A stretch of DNA of 64,000 nt from contig CAVPJB010000014.1 of NCBI GenBank assembly GCA_963705135.1, positions 68,816-132,815 on the forward strand, given 5' to 3'. Both the position numbers and the translations under genes were made by a program. Source of the stretch: an uncultured delta proteobacterium (GTDB taxonomy: Bacteria > Desulfobacterota > Desulfobaccia > Desulfobaccales > Desulfobaccaceae). The notes beneath the pieces were generated by a model that had not been told where the DNA came from, did no database searches, and saw nothing but the letters and a program-made list of their open reading frames with translations. Below are positions 41,568 to 52,506 of the stretch, in pieces (the first letter of the stretch is position 1; each line of letters starts with the position of its first letter).

Positions 41568-42686
41568 ATGGGCGCCAACGTCGGTCAGATACTAAATCTT
41601 GTTGAAAAACAAGCTCCAGCCTCCCTAGCTTATTCCTGGGATCGGGTAGGTTTGTTAATCGGCTCCCCCTATCAGGAGGTCACAAGGCTCGTAGTGGCGC
41701 TGGAGGCCTCGGAAGAGGTTTTACAAGGGGCGATAGCAGTGGGGGCGCAAATGGTGTTGAGTCACCACCCCATACTTTTCCAGCCGGTGGAACGGTTTTG
41801 CCCGGATAAACCCTTGGAACGGGCCATCTGTTTTGCCATTAAGCATGATCTGGCGGTGGCCGCCGCCCATACCAATCTGGACACCGCCGCTGATGGCTTA
41901 AATGCATATCTGGCCCAGGTATTGGGCCTGACTCAGGTTGAGCCTCTGGAAGTAACCAGAACAGAGGCGCTGCTTAAGCTCTCCGTCTTTGTGCCGGTGG
42001 GGTACGAAGATCAGGTGCGGGAAGCAATCTGCGGCGTTGGTGGCGGAATCATTGGACAATATTCTCACTGCTCTTTTCTCGCGCGGGGACAAGGGACCTA
42101 TAAACCTTTGGAGGGAACACAGCCATGGCGAGGGCACGCCTCGGGGTTAAACCGGGCCGCGGAATCGCGCCTGGAAATGGTGCTGCCGGAAGGTTTGGCA
42201 GCTTCGGCCCTGGAGCAGCTCAAGGCGGTCCATCCGTACGAGGAAGTAGCTTACGATCTCTACTCCCTAAAAAATCCGGGTATCAAGTTGGGTATAGGTC
42301 GGGTGGGAGAGTGGCCCCAATCTCGCTCTTTTGCTCAGGTGACAACCGAATTGAAACGGCTTTTCCAAACATCCCTTATGAAAGTAACCGGACAGCCGCC
42401 TGCCATGGTAAAAAGGGTGGCTGTCTGTGGAGGCAGCGGCGGCGAGCTCATCGCTCAGGCTTGGGAAAAGGGAGCAGAGATTTTTATAACTGGGGATATC
42501 CGTTACCATCAGGCCGTTCCCTGGGCTCAAGGAAACATGGCGATTTTGGATCTCGGACATTTCGCGACCGAAGTCATTTTTATCCCTGAATGGGGACGGC
42601 GGTTAGAGGCAAGTCTGCAGGCTGCGTCTTTGCCGGTGGAGGTAGTCGTCGATAATTTTGGTAAGGACCCGTTTTGTTATGTCTGA
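41568..42686 (+). CDS. Nif3/YqfO-like dinuclear metal protein
   Basis: WDRVGLLIG, SHHP, HTNLD, HPYEEVAYD, AVCGGSG, TGDIRYH, GHFATE. Confidence 0.94.
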   Translation: MGANVGQILNLVEKQAPASLAYSWDRVGLLIGSPYQEVTRLVVALEASEEVLQGAIAVGAQMVLSHHPILFQPVERFCPDKPLERAICFAIKHDLAVAAAHTNLDTAADGLNAYLAQVLGLTQVEPLEVTRTEALLKLSVFVPVGYEDQVREAICGVGGGIIGQYSHCSFLARGQGTYKPLEGTQPWRGHASGLNRAAESRLEMVLPEGLAASALEQLKAVHPYEEVAYDLYSLKNPGIKLGIGRVGEWPQSRSFAQVTTELKRLFQTSLMKVTGQPPAMVKRVAVCGGSGGELIAQAWEKGAEIFITGDIRYHQAVPWAQGNMAILDLGHFATEVIFIPEWGRRLEASLQAASLPVEVVVDNFGKDPFCYV

Positions 42687-42795
42687 GTCTGCGGTTGGCT
42701 CATAGGAAGGTATGCTCCCCAAGAACCGGGTATGAGCAAAGGTTATGCGGCCGACCTCATCTGGTCGGATGAAATTTTGATATTGGAGGGAACCC

Positions 42796-43539
42796 TTGTT
42801 ACAGGAACTCAGTAACCTTGTCTCTCTGCAAACGGTTGATTTGGAAATAAGGGGCCTTTTACAGGTCCAACAAGAACTGCCGGAAAGTATGAGAGGGCTT
42901 GAAAGCAAGTTGGCCGAAGTCCAGGCCATAACTGCTGAAAAACAGCAGGAACTGGAAGAAACCAGAAAACAGCATCGTCAATTGGAATCTGAAATGGCTA
43001 TGCTGGATGAGGGCATCACCCGGAGTCGGCAGCGCCTCATGGAAATCAAAGACAATATTGAATATAAAGCGATGCTCAAGGAAATTGCCTTCAAGGAAGA
43101 TCGCAAAGATCAGAAGGAAACGGAAGTTCTCGAATTCCTGGACCAAATAGAAACTCGCAGCTCCGATCTCGTTTCCTTAAACCAGGAGGTCGCCATCCGG
43201 CAGGAAGCCCTGGACAAGTTGCAGGCTGAGGTTATGGCCGAGATCGCCGGGCATATGGAAAAATTACAAGGGTTGCAAGCCCAGCGGGAAGAAATCCAGA
43301 AAGCTATCCCAAAGCCGCTTTTGAAACGTTATGATTTTATCCGGGAAAAACGCCAGGGTATTGCTATTACCGAGGTCCGGCAGGGGGTCTGTCAGGCCTG
43401 CCACATGAGTTTGCCACCTCAAAAGTTCATTGAACTTCAGATGGATAAAGAACTTATGACCTGCCCGCATTGTCAGCGGATTATCTATTTCGACCCTCAG
43501 GAAGAAAACGACAAATCAGACTCCGCCCACGCAGCCTGA
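42796..43539 (+). CDS. Coiled-coil C4 zinc-ribbon protein (DUF164 family)
   Basis: Long coiled coil then CQACH...CPHCQRI. Confidence 0.9.
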   Translation: MLQELSNLVSLQTVDLEIRGLLQVQQELPESMRGLESKLAEVQAITAEKQQELEETRKQHRQLESEMAMLDEGITRSRQRLMEIKDNIEYKAMLKEIAFKEDRKDQKETEVLEFLDQIETRSSDLVSLNQEVAIRQEALDKLQAEVMAEIAGHMEKLQGLQAQREEIQKAIPKPLLKRYDFIREKRQGIAITEVRQGVCQACHMSLPPQKFIELQMDKELMTCPHCQRIIYFDPQEENDKSDSAHAA

Positions 43540-43710
43540 TCTCGCCTTCTCCTCACTCGGTCCGGTGGCGGCCAGGGATGGCAGTCGCCAGAACCGGGGT
43601 AATCCTTCCGGAAATCAGTCAAATTCTTGTTGAAAAAGTTTGATGCCTGTGCTATCTCACAAGTGGACTGACCATGCAAATGCAAGCGGATCGTTCGGCC
43701 CGGGAAGCCA

Positions 43711-43739
43711 TTGACCGGCATTGATTAAAATTCTATAAT
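43711..43739 (+). promoter_or_regulatory. Sigma70 promoter of rnpB
   Basis: TTGACC-N17-TATAAT. Confidence 0.75.
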
Positions 43740-43756
43740 AGTATTAATAAATCATC

Positions 43757-44123
43757 AGAGCAGGCCAGATGATCGCCGGCCAACCGCAAGGTTGGCGGGA
43801 GGAAAGTCCGAGCTCCACAGGGCAGGGTGCTGGGTAACACCCAGTGGGGGCGACCTTAAGGAAAGTGCCACAGAGAATAGACCGCCTGAGCGAAATTTTC
43901 GCTTTGGTAAGGGTGAAACGGTGAGGTAAGAGCTCACCAGTTCCGGTGGCAACATCGGAAGCTAGGTAAACCCCACCTGGAGCAAGGCCAAATAGGGGAG
44001 CGTTTGAGGGCGGCCCGTCCGAGGCTCCCGGGTAGGCTGCTGGAGGCCATAGGTAACTGTGGTCCTAGAGGAATGATCATCACCGGAATGTTCCGGAACA
44101 GAACTCGGCTTACGGCCTGCTCT
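43757..44123 (+). ncRNA. rnpB: RNase P RNA (type A)
   Basis: GAGGAAAGTCCGAGCTCC, GAAAGTGCCACAGA, GGTAAACCCC...GAGCAAG, ACAGAACTCGGCTTA; P1 AGAGCAGGCC/GGCCTGCTCT. Confidence 0.97.
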
Positions 44124-44200
44124 CGATGATTTGTTAACTCCTAAAAACCCGTACTCACCTTGCCTTGTCTTATATCCTACGTTTACGAGGTTTCCCCACG

Positions 44201-45178
44201 ATGACCCAGTCTGTCGAGCCTGTTGCCCCTGCCAGCCGGGAGAAACCTTACCTCTCAGTGGTAATCCCGGTTTACAATGAAGAAGAGAATTTGCCGGAAT
44301 TAGGCCATCGTTTGTTTGCTACCTTGGACGGCCAGGATTACACGTATGAAATTATTTTTGTGGATGACGGCTCTATAGACCGGTCCTGGCAGATTATCTC
44401 TCAGATGCACCGGGAACACCCTGAGCAGGTGCGAGGGTTGCAATTTATCCGCAACTTCGGCCAACACCCAGCGATTTTTGCCGGTTTTCAGGTGGCCCAG
44501 GGAGAGGCGATAGTTACCCTGGACGCAGACCTGCAAAATCCTCCGGAAGAGATACCCAAACTGGTGGCCAAGCTGGCCGAGGGTTACGATACCGTGGGCG
44601 GCTGGCGGGAACTGCGCCGGGATTCTTTTTTCCGGCGTCTGCCTTCAGCTATTATCAATTGGCTCATGTCAAAAGTGACGGGAGTTCATCTGAAGGACTA
44701 CGGCTGTATGCTCCGGGCCTATCGCCGGGAAGTGATTGACAGTATCAACCAATGCCATGAATCAACAAGTTTCATTCCGGCCTTGGCCAACATGTTCGCC
44801 CGCCGCATTACTGAGGTGCCGGTCCGGCACGCCGAGCGCACCAAGGGTGTGTCCAAATACAGCCTGGTGAAACTCATCCGCCTCAATTTCGACTTCATGA
44901 CCGGCTTCTCCCATCTGCCCATCCATGCAGTAGGGATTTTGGGTCTGTTAATCGCCATCATAGGCCTGGGCTTCGGTTTGTTTCTCATCCTGCGGCGGTT
45001 ATGGGTGGGTCCGGAAGTGGAAGGCGTCTTCACCCTTTTTGCCATCCTCTTTGTGTTCGCGGGCATGCAAATGTTCGGCCTGGCCCTTATCGGGGAATAC
45101 GTCGGCCGGATTTACCGGGAAGTGCGGCAACGGCCCCGGTTTGTGGTCAGGGAAGAACTAATCAGCTACACGGAATAG
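44201..45178 (+). CDS. arnC: Undecaprenyl-phosphate Ara4FN transferase (GT2)
   Basis: SVVIPVYNEE, VDDGS, RNFGQH, TLDADLQNPPEEI, DYGCMLRAY, IGEYVGRIY; clustered with arnA/arnD. Confidence 0.9.
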   Translation: MTQSVEPVAPASREKPYLSVVIPVYNEEENLPELGHRLFATLDGQDYTYEIIFVDDGSIDRSWQIISQMHREHPEQVRGLQFIRNFGQHPAIFAGFQVAQGEAIVTLDADLQNPPEEIPKLVAKLAEGYDTVGGWRELRRDSFFRRLPSAIINWLMSKVTGVHLKDYGCMLRAYRREVIDSINQCHESTSFIPALANMFARRITEVPVRHAERTKGVSKYSLVKLIRLNFDFMTGFSHLPIHAVGILGLLIAIIGLGFGLFLILRRLWVGPEVEGVFTLFAILFVFAGMQMFGLALIGEYVGRIYREVRQRPRFVVREELISYTE

Positions 45179-45180
45179 CA

Positions 45181-46275
45181 GTGAATGTATTCCTTTGTTA
45201 TAAAATATTAGGACTCAAACCCGGGGCCTCAAGTGAAGAATTAAGGATCGCTTACCGGGATTTAGTGAAAGTTTGGCATCCGGACAGATTTATTCACGAC
45301 CCTCGACTTAGAGTTAAGTCCAATGAAAAAATTAAAGAAATTAATGAAGCTTACAACGAGCTTGCTGCTTTTTTAAGAAGGTTTCCAGAACAATATCAAA
45401 AAGAAAAATCATATCGAAGTAATCAAAAATCACAACCCGAGACAAGTTATTATCAAAGGGCAAACAATTATAAAAAAACTGAGGCATATACCGGGGAGTA
45501 TTATTCAAAAAATATAACTGTAAAAAATATTTTCTTGTTATTATTAATAATTATTAGTGCCCCAACCTTTGGCATTCTCCAGCCTAATAAAGATAAGTTA
45601 TTGAATATTTTCCCTGTTTTTAAAATTGTTTACCCATATAGATGAACCTGGAAAAATAATATTCTTGGCAGATAAGCAAAACAATACGGAAAAACTTTTT
45701 GTGCAGGGAAGATACGATTTCGGAACCGGTTTTGAATAGTATTGTTCCAACAAAATTGGCAAAGAAATTAAAAGGAACTGATAAAAAGATTATTAGTCAA
45801 ACAGTCACAGAAATAAGGAAGAACTGCTGTCTAAAAGTTTCAGATTGTATTTCTCTGGGGATCATCTCCTTTGGGAAGTGGCATCCAAGATGGGAATGCT
45901 AATTTAACGGTTGAAAACGGGGCTAAAGAAGATGCTCTCGTGAAAGTAAAGAAAATCGGCAAAAAAGATCAACTTGTCAGGAATTTCTATATTCCCGCCG
46001 GAGAAAGTTACACTGCGACAACGATTCCCCCTGGGGAGTATAAATTGAAAGTAGCATTTGGCACAGAATGGGATAGTACTTCACGGAAGTTCACTTCTAA
46101 TAGATCATTTGCAGAAACAGAATTATTCTTTATTCACGAAAGACACGCCAGAGAAAAATCATCTGATAAAAATATCAAAAAAATGCAACAATCAAATATA
46201 AAAGTATATTTATATAAAGTTAAAAATAATAATTGCAGATCCTATCAGATTGACGAGAAAAACTTTAATCAGTAA
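45181..46275 (+). pseudogene. J-domain + TM + exported beta-domain protein, split into about 3 frames; low GC
   Basis: YKILGL...WHPDRF...EINEAY (45181-45645); later piece NLTVENGAKEDALVK...FYIPAGE...PGEYKLKVAFG (45871-46275). Confidence 0.7.
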
Positions 46276-46320
46276 AAAAATATAAGTAACGCTTTTTATT
46301 ATCACCGTATTTGAGATATT

Positions 46321-46404
46321 AGGTTGGGTTTCATTGGCGAATACATCGGCCGGATTTTCCGGGAAGTGAGGCAGCGACCGTGTTTTGTGGTGCGGGGGGA
46401 GTTG
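46321..46404 (+). repeat. Diverged second copy of the arnC 3' end (45077-45160)
   Basis: Encodes RLGFIGEYIGRIFREVRQRPCFVVRGEL vs arnC GLALIGEYVGRIYREVRQRPRFVVREEL. Confidence 0.9.
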
Positions 46405-46442
46405 GGCAATCACCTTAACCATTTAAATGCAGGAGAATCAAC

Positions 46443-46981
46443 ATGTTAACCACTATTACGGATGATATAGAGAATAAAAAATGTCAAGAAAAATTATGTG
46501 AAATATTAAAAGAAAAATTGACATTTCAAGATAATTATAAATTTGGAGATCCGTGATATACTTTTGTACATAATATAAATCATAACAATAAGATATGGTG
46601 GCATTACCATTTATGGAATGGTAAAAGTGGAGCATGTCATAGTAATTTATTTGGATTTTTGTGCCACTTTTCAAGAATACAACAAATGATATAGATTTAA
46701 CAATTAATATACCAATTAAAGAGATCAATAGAAGGTATACTGGTTTATTTGCTAAAAATTTATTAAATGATGAGATTTTAGTCATTCATCGAGGAAAGTT
46801 TCACCGGAAACACAAAAAAGATTTTAGAAATTTTTTTAATGGAAAGCTTGTTGAGGTATTTGATGGTGACCAGGCTCAAATATTATTTCATGTAATGAGT
46901 CTAAATAATCTTGATACTATAATTGATGAGTTAACTTATTTTTTAACAACAGTTATTAATTTTAAAAAAGCCTTTCCATAA
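46443..46981 (+). pseudogene. Very AT-rich degraded hypothetical gene
   Basis: AGGAG RBS + ATG at 46443, internal TGA and frameshift, continues as ORF 46661-46981. Confidence 0.45.
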
Positions 46982-47044
46982 AAAAGATAACTCCATAGAT
47001 TATTGACCGTTTCTAAGTTGTACTTGATATCCAAATGAACGTTA

Positions 47045-47206
47045 ATGAACAACACGATAGTATTAAAAAAGACTGAAGAGGGATTCAGTGTTTTCTGCCC
47101 GGGTCTGCCAGGTTTTTGGTCACGGGGCGATTCTAAAACGGAACCATTGGATAATATTAGAGATGCTATCCAAGAATATTTAGCCGCTAAAAAAGCAACA
47201 AATTGA
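47045..47206 (+). pseudogene. HicB-like (UPF0150) antitoxin, orphan/degenerate
   Basis: MNNTIVLKKTEEGFSVFCPGLPGFWSRGDSKTEPLDNIRDAIQEYL; no hicA partner. Confidence 0.75.
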
Positions 47207-47237
47207 GAAAGCAGAACTATCGTTATTAGGGATACAT

Positions 47238-47273
47238 AAAAATCCCCTCTCCCCTTGAGGGGAGAGGGGATTT
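47238..47273. repeat. Perfect hairpin of the CCCCTCTCCCC repeat family / terminator
   Basis: AAAATCCCCTCTCCCC-TTGA-GGGGAGAGGGGATTTT. Confidence 0.8.
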
Positions 47274-47349
47274 TGGTAGTAGTTTAAATCGGTTAATTCA
47301 AGTCCAATAAATTTTAAGTCTAAGATCGCGTTCTCTTTTCAGGATAATT

Positions 47350-48300
47350 ATGCGCATCATTTCCATGGGTTACAGCAATATCGGACACATCTGCTTGGAG
47401 GTGCTCATTGATCTGTGCCGCCAGTTCAGCGATGAGATCGTGGCGGTGGTGACTCACCCTGATAGCCACGGTGAACAGATATGGTTCAAGTCGGTGCGGG
47501 ATTTGGCCCTGGCTCACAATCTGCCGGTTTATACCCCGGAAGACCCGAATGATCCGGCTTTTGTGGAATTTTTAAAAGGGTTGGCTCCGGACTTTCTTTT
47601 TTCCTGTTATTATCGATTGATGCTGAAACAGCCGATTTTAGATATCCCCACCATGGGGGCCCTCAATCTTCACGGCAGCCTGCTGCCCCGGTACCGAGGA
47701 CGCTGTCCGATCAACTGGGTATTGGTTCATGGCGAGCCATTGACGGGGCTTACCCTGCACTATATGGAGGCCAAACCGGATTGCGGCGATATGGTGGCCC
47801 AGGCCCAGGTGCCCATTAACCCGGAGGACACGGCCCTGTCTCTATCCGGGAAGATGACCACAGCCGCCGGGGAGTTGATGCGCCAGACCTATCCATTACT
47901 CCGGATGGATCTGGCCCCCCGAATACCCCAAGACCACCGCCGGGCCAGTTACTTCGGCGGCCGGACGCCAGAAGACGGCCGCATCGACTGGCGGCAGCCG
48001 GCCGGGCAAATTTATGATCTCATCAGGGCTGTGACCCATCCATTCCCGGGCGCTTTTACCACCTGGCAGGGTAAGAAAATATTTATCTGGTCCGGCATGG
48101 TTGCCATAGACTATAAAGGGCCGGAATTGCCGCCGGGAAAAGTCTATCTAGCTCCCGAGGAGAACCTCCTGCTGATCGGTGCCGGCCAGGGCGTGCTGGT
48201 AGTGCGGGCGGCGCAGGTTGATGGGGAAGCCGAAGTAATGGCAGAGGTCTTGGTGCAGCGATTTAGCATTCTTGATGGGGAAACTTTGGGTACAACGTGA
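47350..48300 (+). CDS. arnA: UDP-Ara4N formyltransferase (stand-alone ArnA N-terminal domain)
   Basis: [52 protein letters not shown]. Confidence 0.9.
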   Translation: MRIISMGYSNIGHICLEVLIDLCRQFSDEIVAVVTHPDSHGEQIWFKSVRDLALAHNLPVYTPEDPNDPAFVEFLKGLAPDFLFSCYYRLMLKQPILDIPTMGALNLHGSLLPRYRGRCPINWVLVHGEPLTGLTLHYMEAKPDCGDMVAQAQVPINPEDTALSLSGKMTTAAGELMRQTYPLLRMDLAPRIPQDHRRASYFGGRTPEDGRIDWRQPAGQIYDLIRAVTHPFPGAFTTWQGKKIFIWSGMVAIDYKGPELPPGKVYLAPEENLLLIGAGQGVLVVRAAQVDGEAEVMAEVLVQRFSILDGETLGTT

Positions 48301-48323
48301 TTGTTTTGTATAAGGAGGCATTC

Positions 48324-49379
48324 TTGAAAATACTTATTCTCGGGGTAAATGGCTTCATTGGCAACGCTCTAGTCCGCCGCATCCTGAACACGACCAACTG
48401 GGAAGTCTTCGGTATGGATCTCTATAACAATAAACTGGAGCATTCCCTGAATCACCCCCGTTTCCACTTCCTGGAAGGGGACATTGCCATCAACAAGGAG
48501 TGGATCGAATATCACATAAAAAAGTGCGATGTGGTGTTGCCACTGGTGGCCATTGCCACGCCCATGACCTACGTCAAACAGCCTTTGCGGGTTTTCGAGC
48601 TGGATTTCGAGGAAAATCTGCGAGTGGTGCGCCAGTGCGTCAAGTACGGCACCCGCATCATCTTCCCCTCCACTTCGGAAGTCTATGGTATGTGCCCGGA
48701 AGCGGAATTTAAGGAAGACGACAGCGTCCTCGTTCTGGGCCCCATCAATAAACAGCGTTGGATTTACAGCTGTTCCAAGCAATTGTTGGATCGGGTGATC
48801 TGGGCTTATGGTCAGCAAGAAGCCCTGCAGTTTACCCTCTTCCGTCCCTTTAACTGGATCGGTCCCAAATTGGACGATATTTATGCCGCCAAGGAAGGCA
48901 GTTCCCGGGTGGTAACCCAATTCATTATTAATCTGGTGAACCGAGAGCCCATCCGTCTGGTGGACGGCGGTCTCCAGAAACGCTGTTTTACTTACGTGGA
49001 AGACGGGATCGATTGTTTAATGAAAATCATCGAAAATCCGGGAGGGGTGGCGGACGGCAGGATCTTTAACATCGGCAATCCCGATAATGAGGCGTCAGTA
49101 AAAGAATTGGCCTTCATGCTGAAAAAAATGTTTCAAGAGCACTCGGATCACCGCCAGGATAAAATCTATTCCGAGGTCATTGAAGTCGCACATGAAGAAT
49201 ATTACGGTCAGGGTTATCAGGATATCTTTACCCGCAAACCTTCCATTGCCAATGCCCAGAATTTATTGGGTTGGGAGCCGCAGACCGATTTGGAAACTTC
49301 CCTTAAAATTACGCTGGATGCCTTTGTCGAGGAAGCCTGGCTTCTTAATAACCAAGCCCCGGGGCAAGAGCTTTCCTGA
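48324..49379 (+). CDS. arnA: UDP-glucuronate oxidase/decarboxylase (stand-alone ArnA C-terminal domain)
   Basis: [58 protein letters not shown]. Confidence 0.93.
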   Translation: MKILILGVNGFIGNALVRRILNTTNWEVFGMDLYNNKLEHSLNHPRFHFLEGDIAINKEWIEYHIKKCDVVLPLVAIATPMTYVKQPLRVFELDFEENLRVVRQCVKYGTRIIFPSTSEVYGMCPEAEFKEDDSVLVLGPINKQRWIYSCSKQLLDRVIWAYGQQEALQFTLFRPFNWIGPKLDDIYAAKEGSSRVVTQFIINLVNREPIRLVDGGLQKRCFTYVEDGIDCLMKIIENPGGVADGRIFNIGNPDNEASVKELAFMLKKMFQEHSDHRQDKIYSEVIEVAHEEYYGQGYQDIFTRKPSIANAQNLLGWEPQTDLETSLKITLDAFVEEAWLLNNQAPGQELS

Positions 49380-50287
49380 TGCAACTGGCCCTCAAGGTTG
49401 ACGTTGACACTCTGGTGGGATTCAAAGAGGGCGTACCCGCCCTCCTGTCCGTCCTGGAGGCCAGGGGAGTGCCGGCCAGTTTTTTTGTGGCCATGGGGCC
49501 GGACCATTCCGGCCGGGCCATTCGCCGCCTTTTAACCCACAAGGGGTTTTTACAAAAAATGCTGCGCACCGGCGCTCCCCGCCTGTACGGTCTTAAAACC
49601 ATGCTCTACGGGACGCTGTTGCCGGGTCCGCCCATCGCCGCCTCCGCTCCGGAACTATTGAACAACATTACCACCGCCGGACATGAACTGGGCCTGCACG
49701 GCTACGACCATGTCTTCTGGCAGGACCGGTTGCACGGCATGACTCGAACCGCGGTGCAGGCGGAGATATTGCGGGCTCAGAAGATTTTTGTCGAAATCCT
49801 GGGTTATCCAGCCATCTCCTTCGCCGCCCCGGGCTGGCAGTGCACTCCCGCGGCCCTGGACGCCCTGGTGGCTGCAAAATTTTACTATGTCAGCAACACC
49901 AGAGGCCATGCTCCCTATTTTCCCCGCACCCCGCAGCGAACCTGGCCGATTCTGGAGATTCCTACCACCCTGCCCACCATGGACGAATTGTTGGGTTTAA
50001 ATGGACGCCGCGCCACCGACTTTAACCGGGAAATTCTGGCAGGCCTGCAGACTGACCGGACCCAGGTTCTCACCATTCATGCCGAGGTAGAGGGCCGGGT
50101 ATGCTTGCGGGAATTTTCTGATCTGCTTGAACAGGTGCAAGCCAAAGGGGTAAGGTTTATTCGCCTGCTTGATTACGCCCAGGAACTCTGGCAGCAGCCG
50201 GAACTCATTCCCCGGGTGTCGATAGCACCGGGAGTCTTGCCTGGACGGGCCGGTACCGTGAGTTGTCAGGGCCGGGGGGAGGATTAA
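49379..50287 (+). CDS. arnD: Ara4FN-phosphoundecaprenol deformylase
   Basis: LKVDVDT, MGPDHSGRA, YGTLLPGP, HGYDH, AAPGW, PTTLPT, TIHAEVEG. Confidence 0.9.
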   Translation: MQLALKVDVDTLVGFKEGVPALLSVLEARGVPASFFVAMGPDHSGRAIRRLLTHKGFLQKMLRTGAPRLYGLKTMLYGTLLPGPPIAASAPELLNNITTAGHELGLHGYDHVFWQDRLHGMTRTAVQAEILRAQKIFVEILGYPAISFAAPGWQCTPAALDALVAAKFYYVSNTRGHAPYFPRTPQRTWPILEIPTTLPTMDELLGLNGRRATDFNREILAGLQTDRTQVLTIHAEVEGRVCLREFSDLLEQVQAKGVRFIRLLDYAQELWQQPELIPRVSIAPGVLPGRAGTVSCQGRGED

Positions 50288-50289
50288 GC

Positions 50290-50991
50290 ATGAAAGTGGC
50301 GGCCATTATCCCGGCAGCCGGGACCGGCCGGCGCATGCAAAAAAACATTCCCAAGCAGTATCTCTCTTTGGGGGGCAAACCCATTCTGGCCAATACCCTG
50401 GCGGTCTTTGAAAACCTGTCGGAGATTAATGAGATCAGCGTCGTGGCCCAACCCGAAGCACTAGATTACTGCCAGAATAAGGTCATTACCCCTTTCGGCT
50501 TCAAAAAAGTTTTGCGGCTGGTGCCCGGCGGTAAAGAGCGGCAGGACAGCGTCTATAATGCCCTAAAAGCCCTGCATCGACACAATGATTGGGATCTTAT
50601 CCTGGTCCACGACGGGGTCCGCCCTTTCGTCACTCCGGAGGAGGTACGCCGGGTAATCCGGGCCGCCTGGGAGCACGGGGCCGCCATTCTGGCCTTACCG
50701 GCCCAGGACACCGTGAAAAAAGTGAACCGGGCCGGCCGAATCCAAAAAACCCTCAACCGCCAGGACATCTGGCTGGCTCAGACGCCACAGGCTTTTCAGG
50801 CTCCCATCATCTGGCGGGCCTTTGTGGAGGCCTACGGTCGGGATTTTTACGGCACGGACGAAGCTTCCCTGGTGGAGGCCTTGGGTTTGACGGTGATGGT
50901 GGAGCCCGGTTCTCCCTTTAATATCAAAGTCACTACTCCGGAGGACCTGGTTATGGCCGAGGCCATCTATCAACTGCGGGAACGAACCTGA
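50290..50991 (+). CDS. ispD: 2-C-methyl-D-erythritol 4-phosphate cytidylyltransferase
   Basis: IPAAGTGRRM...PKQY, GGKERQDSV, VHDGVRP, AQTPQAF, NIKVTTPEDL. Confidence 0.96.
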   Translation: MKVAAIIPAAGTGRRMQKNIPKQYLSLGGKPILANTLAVFENLSEINEISVVAQPEALDYCQNKVITPFGFKKVLRLVPGGKERQDSVYNALKALHRHNDWDLILVHDGVRPFVTPEEVRRVIRAAWEHGAAILALPAQDTVKKVNRAGRIQKTLNRQDIWLAQTPQAFQAPIIWRAFVEAYGRDFYGTDEASLVEALGLTVMVEPGSPFNIKVTTPEDLVMAEAIYQLRERT

Positions 50992-51020
50992 GCCTCCTCA
51001 GAGTTGGAAAAATAGCAGAT

Positions 51021-51506
51021 ATGACTAAAATGCGAGTAGGAATGGGGTACGACGCCCACCGCCTGGTCCCTGAACGCCTCTTGATTCTGGGCGGGGTGGA
51101 AATTCCCCACATCCTGGGTCTGGCCGGACATTCCGATGCGGACGTTCTCACCCATGCCATCGGCGACGCCCTTTTAGGAGCGGTGGCGGCCGGCGATTTG
51201 GGGCACCATTTTCCCGATACCGATCCGGCCAATAAAGGTATTTCCAGCCTGATCCTGTTGGCGAGGATTGTGGCAGCGGTTCATGACCGGGGTTACCGTG
51301 TGGGTAATGTGGATGCAACCGTCGTGGCCCAGGCCCCAAAGCTGGCCCCGCATATTCCCCAGATGATCTCCCGTCTATCTCCCGTTTTGCAGATTCAGCC
51401 CGCCGACCTTAACATAAAAGCTACCACCACCGAAGGCATGGGGTTTACCGGGCGGGGAGAGGGCATCGCCGCTTATGCCGCAGTTCTGGTGGAAAAAATC
51501 TCTTAA
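51021..51506 (+). CDS. ispF: MECDP synthase
   Basis: GYDAH, GHSDADVLTHA, KATTTEGMGFTGRGEG. Confidence 0.97.
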   Translation: MTKMRVGMGYDAHRLVPERLLILGGVEIPHILGLAGHSDADVLTHAIGDALLGAVAAGDLGHHFPDTDPANKGISSLILLARIVAAVHDRGYRVGNVDATVVAQAPKLAPHIPQMISRLSPVLQIQPADLNIKATTTEGMGFTGRGEGIAAYAAVLVEKIS

Positions 51507-51526
51507 GCAGTGCTCATCCTAACTAT

Positions 51527-52402
51527 ATGCGATTCGAAGGTCCCATTTACCGGCCTCCCAGCGAAGCCGATAGCCTCCTGATCCAGGCGACGGTGGGCTG
51601 CCCCCACAATCAATGCACCTTCTGCATGGTCTACAAGGACGGTGTGCCCTTTAAAGTCAGGCCGACCTTAGAGATTATGGCAGACTTGGCCGAAGCCCGA
51701 AAAATCTATGGGGACCGTGTTCGGACCATCTTTTTCCCCGCCGGCAACACCATAGCCATGCCAACGAGGGCTTTGGCTGAAATCTGCCGCCACAGTTACA
51801 ATTTGTTCCCGCACCTGGAGCGCATTACCGTCTATGGCTCGGCCCAATATATCCGGCCAAAAGGGCTGGACAAGCTGCGCCTGCTGGCGGCAGCCGGTTT
51901 GAGCCGGATTCATGTGGGCCTGGAAAGCGGCGAGAACGAGATCTTGGCCCGCATTAAAAAAGGGAGCACCCGGGAGGGGCAAATCGCGGCCGGCCAGCTC
52001 GTGCGGCAGGCAGGCATCGAACTCAGCGAATATGTCATTTTAGGTATCGGTGGCCAGGAGCGCACCGCCCAACACGCCGCTGCCACCGCCGCCGCCATCA
52101 ACGCCATTCAACCCCATTTTCTGAGACTGCGCACCTTTATCCCCAAAATCAATACTCCCCTGCTGGCCGAGGTCTTAGACGGCCGTTTCCAGATGCTCTC
52201 CCCCCACGGTGTCATCCGGGAAACCATGGCTTTGCTGGAGGGGGTCACGGTACCCACCCAGATTACCAGCGATCACTATACCAATTATGTCAGTGTGGAG
52301 GGGCGCTTACCGGAGGATAAAGAGAAAATGCTCCAGGTTTTAGAGGCTGCCCTGCTGCGGCCGGAGACGGATTTCCGTTCCTTTTTTATCGGCCACCAGT
52401 AA
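51527..52402 (+). CDS. Radical SAM protein
   Basis: YRPPSEA...TVGCPHNQCTFC (CxxxCxxC), GLESG, SDHYTN. Confidence 0.9.
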   Translation: MRFEGPIYRPPSEADSLLIQATVGCPHNQCTFCMVYKDGVPFKVRPTLEIMADLAEARKIYGDRVRTIFFPAGNTIAMPTRALAEICRHSYNLFPHLERITVYGSAQYIRPKGLDKLRLLAAAGLSRIHVGLESGENEILARIKKGSTREGQIAAGQLVRQAGIELSEYVILGIGGQERTAQHAAATAAAINAIQPHFLRLRTFIPKINTPLLAEVLDGRFQMLSPHGVIRETMALLEGVTVPTQITSDHYTNYVSVEGRLPEDKEKMLQVLEAALLRPETDFRSFFIGHQ

Positions 52403-52506
52403 TCACCCCCAAGCCCACCTCATCCTCCTTGACTTCCCCCGGCCTATGGGGTAGAGTTGCCAATTATGTCAATAAAGACATGCAAGTCTCCCAAAGTGCC
52501 CTCGTC

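Noticed and set aside
46456-46785. Minus-strand 109-aa hydrophobic ORF
   Set aside because: Probably the shadow of an AT-rich plus-strand degraded gene that has an RBS
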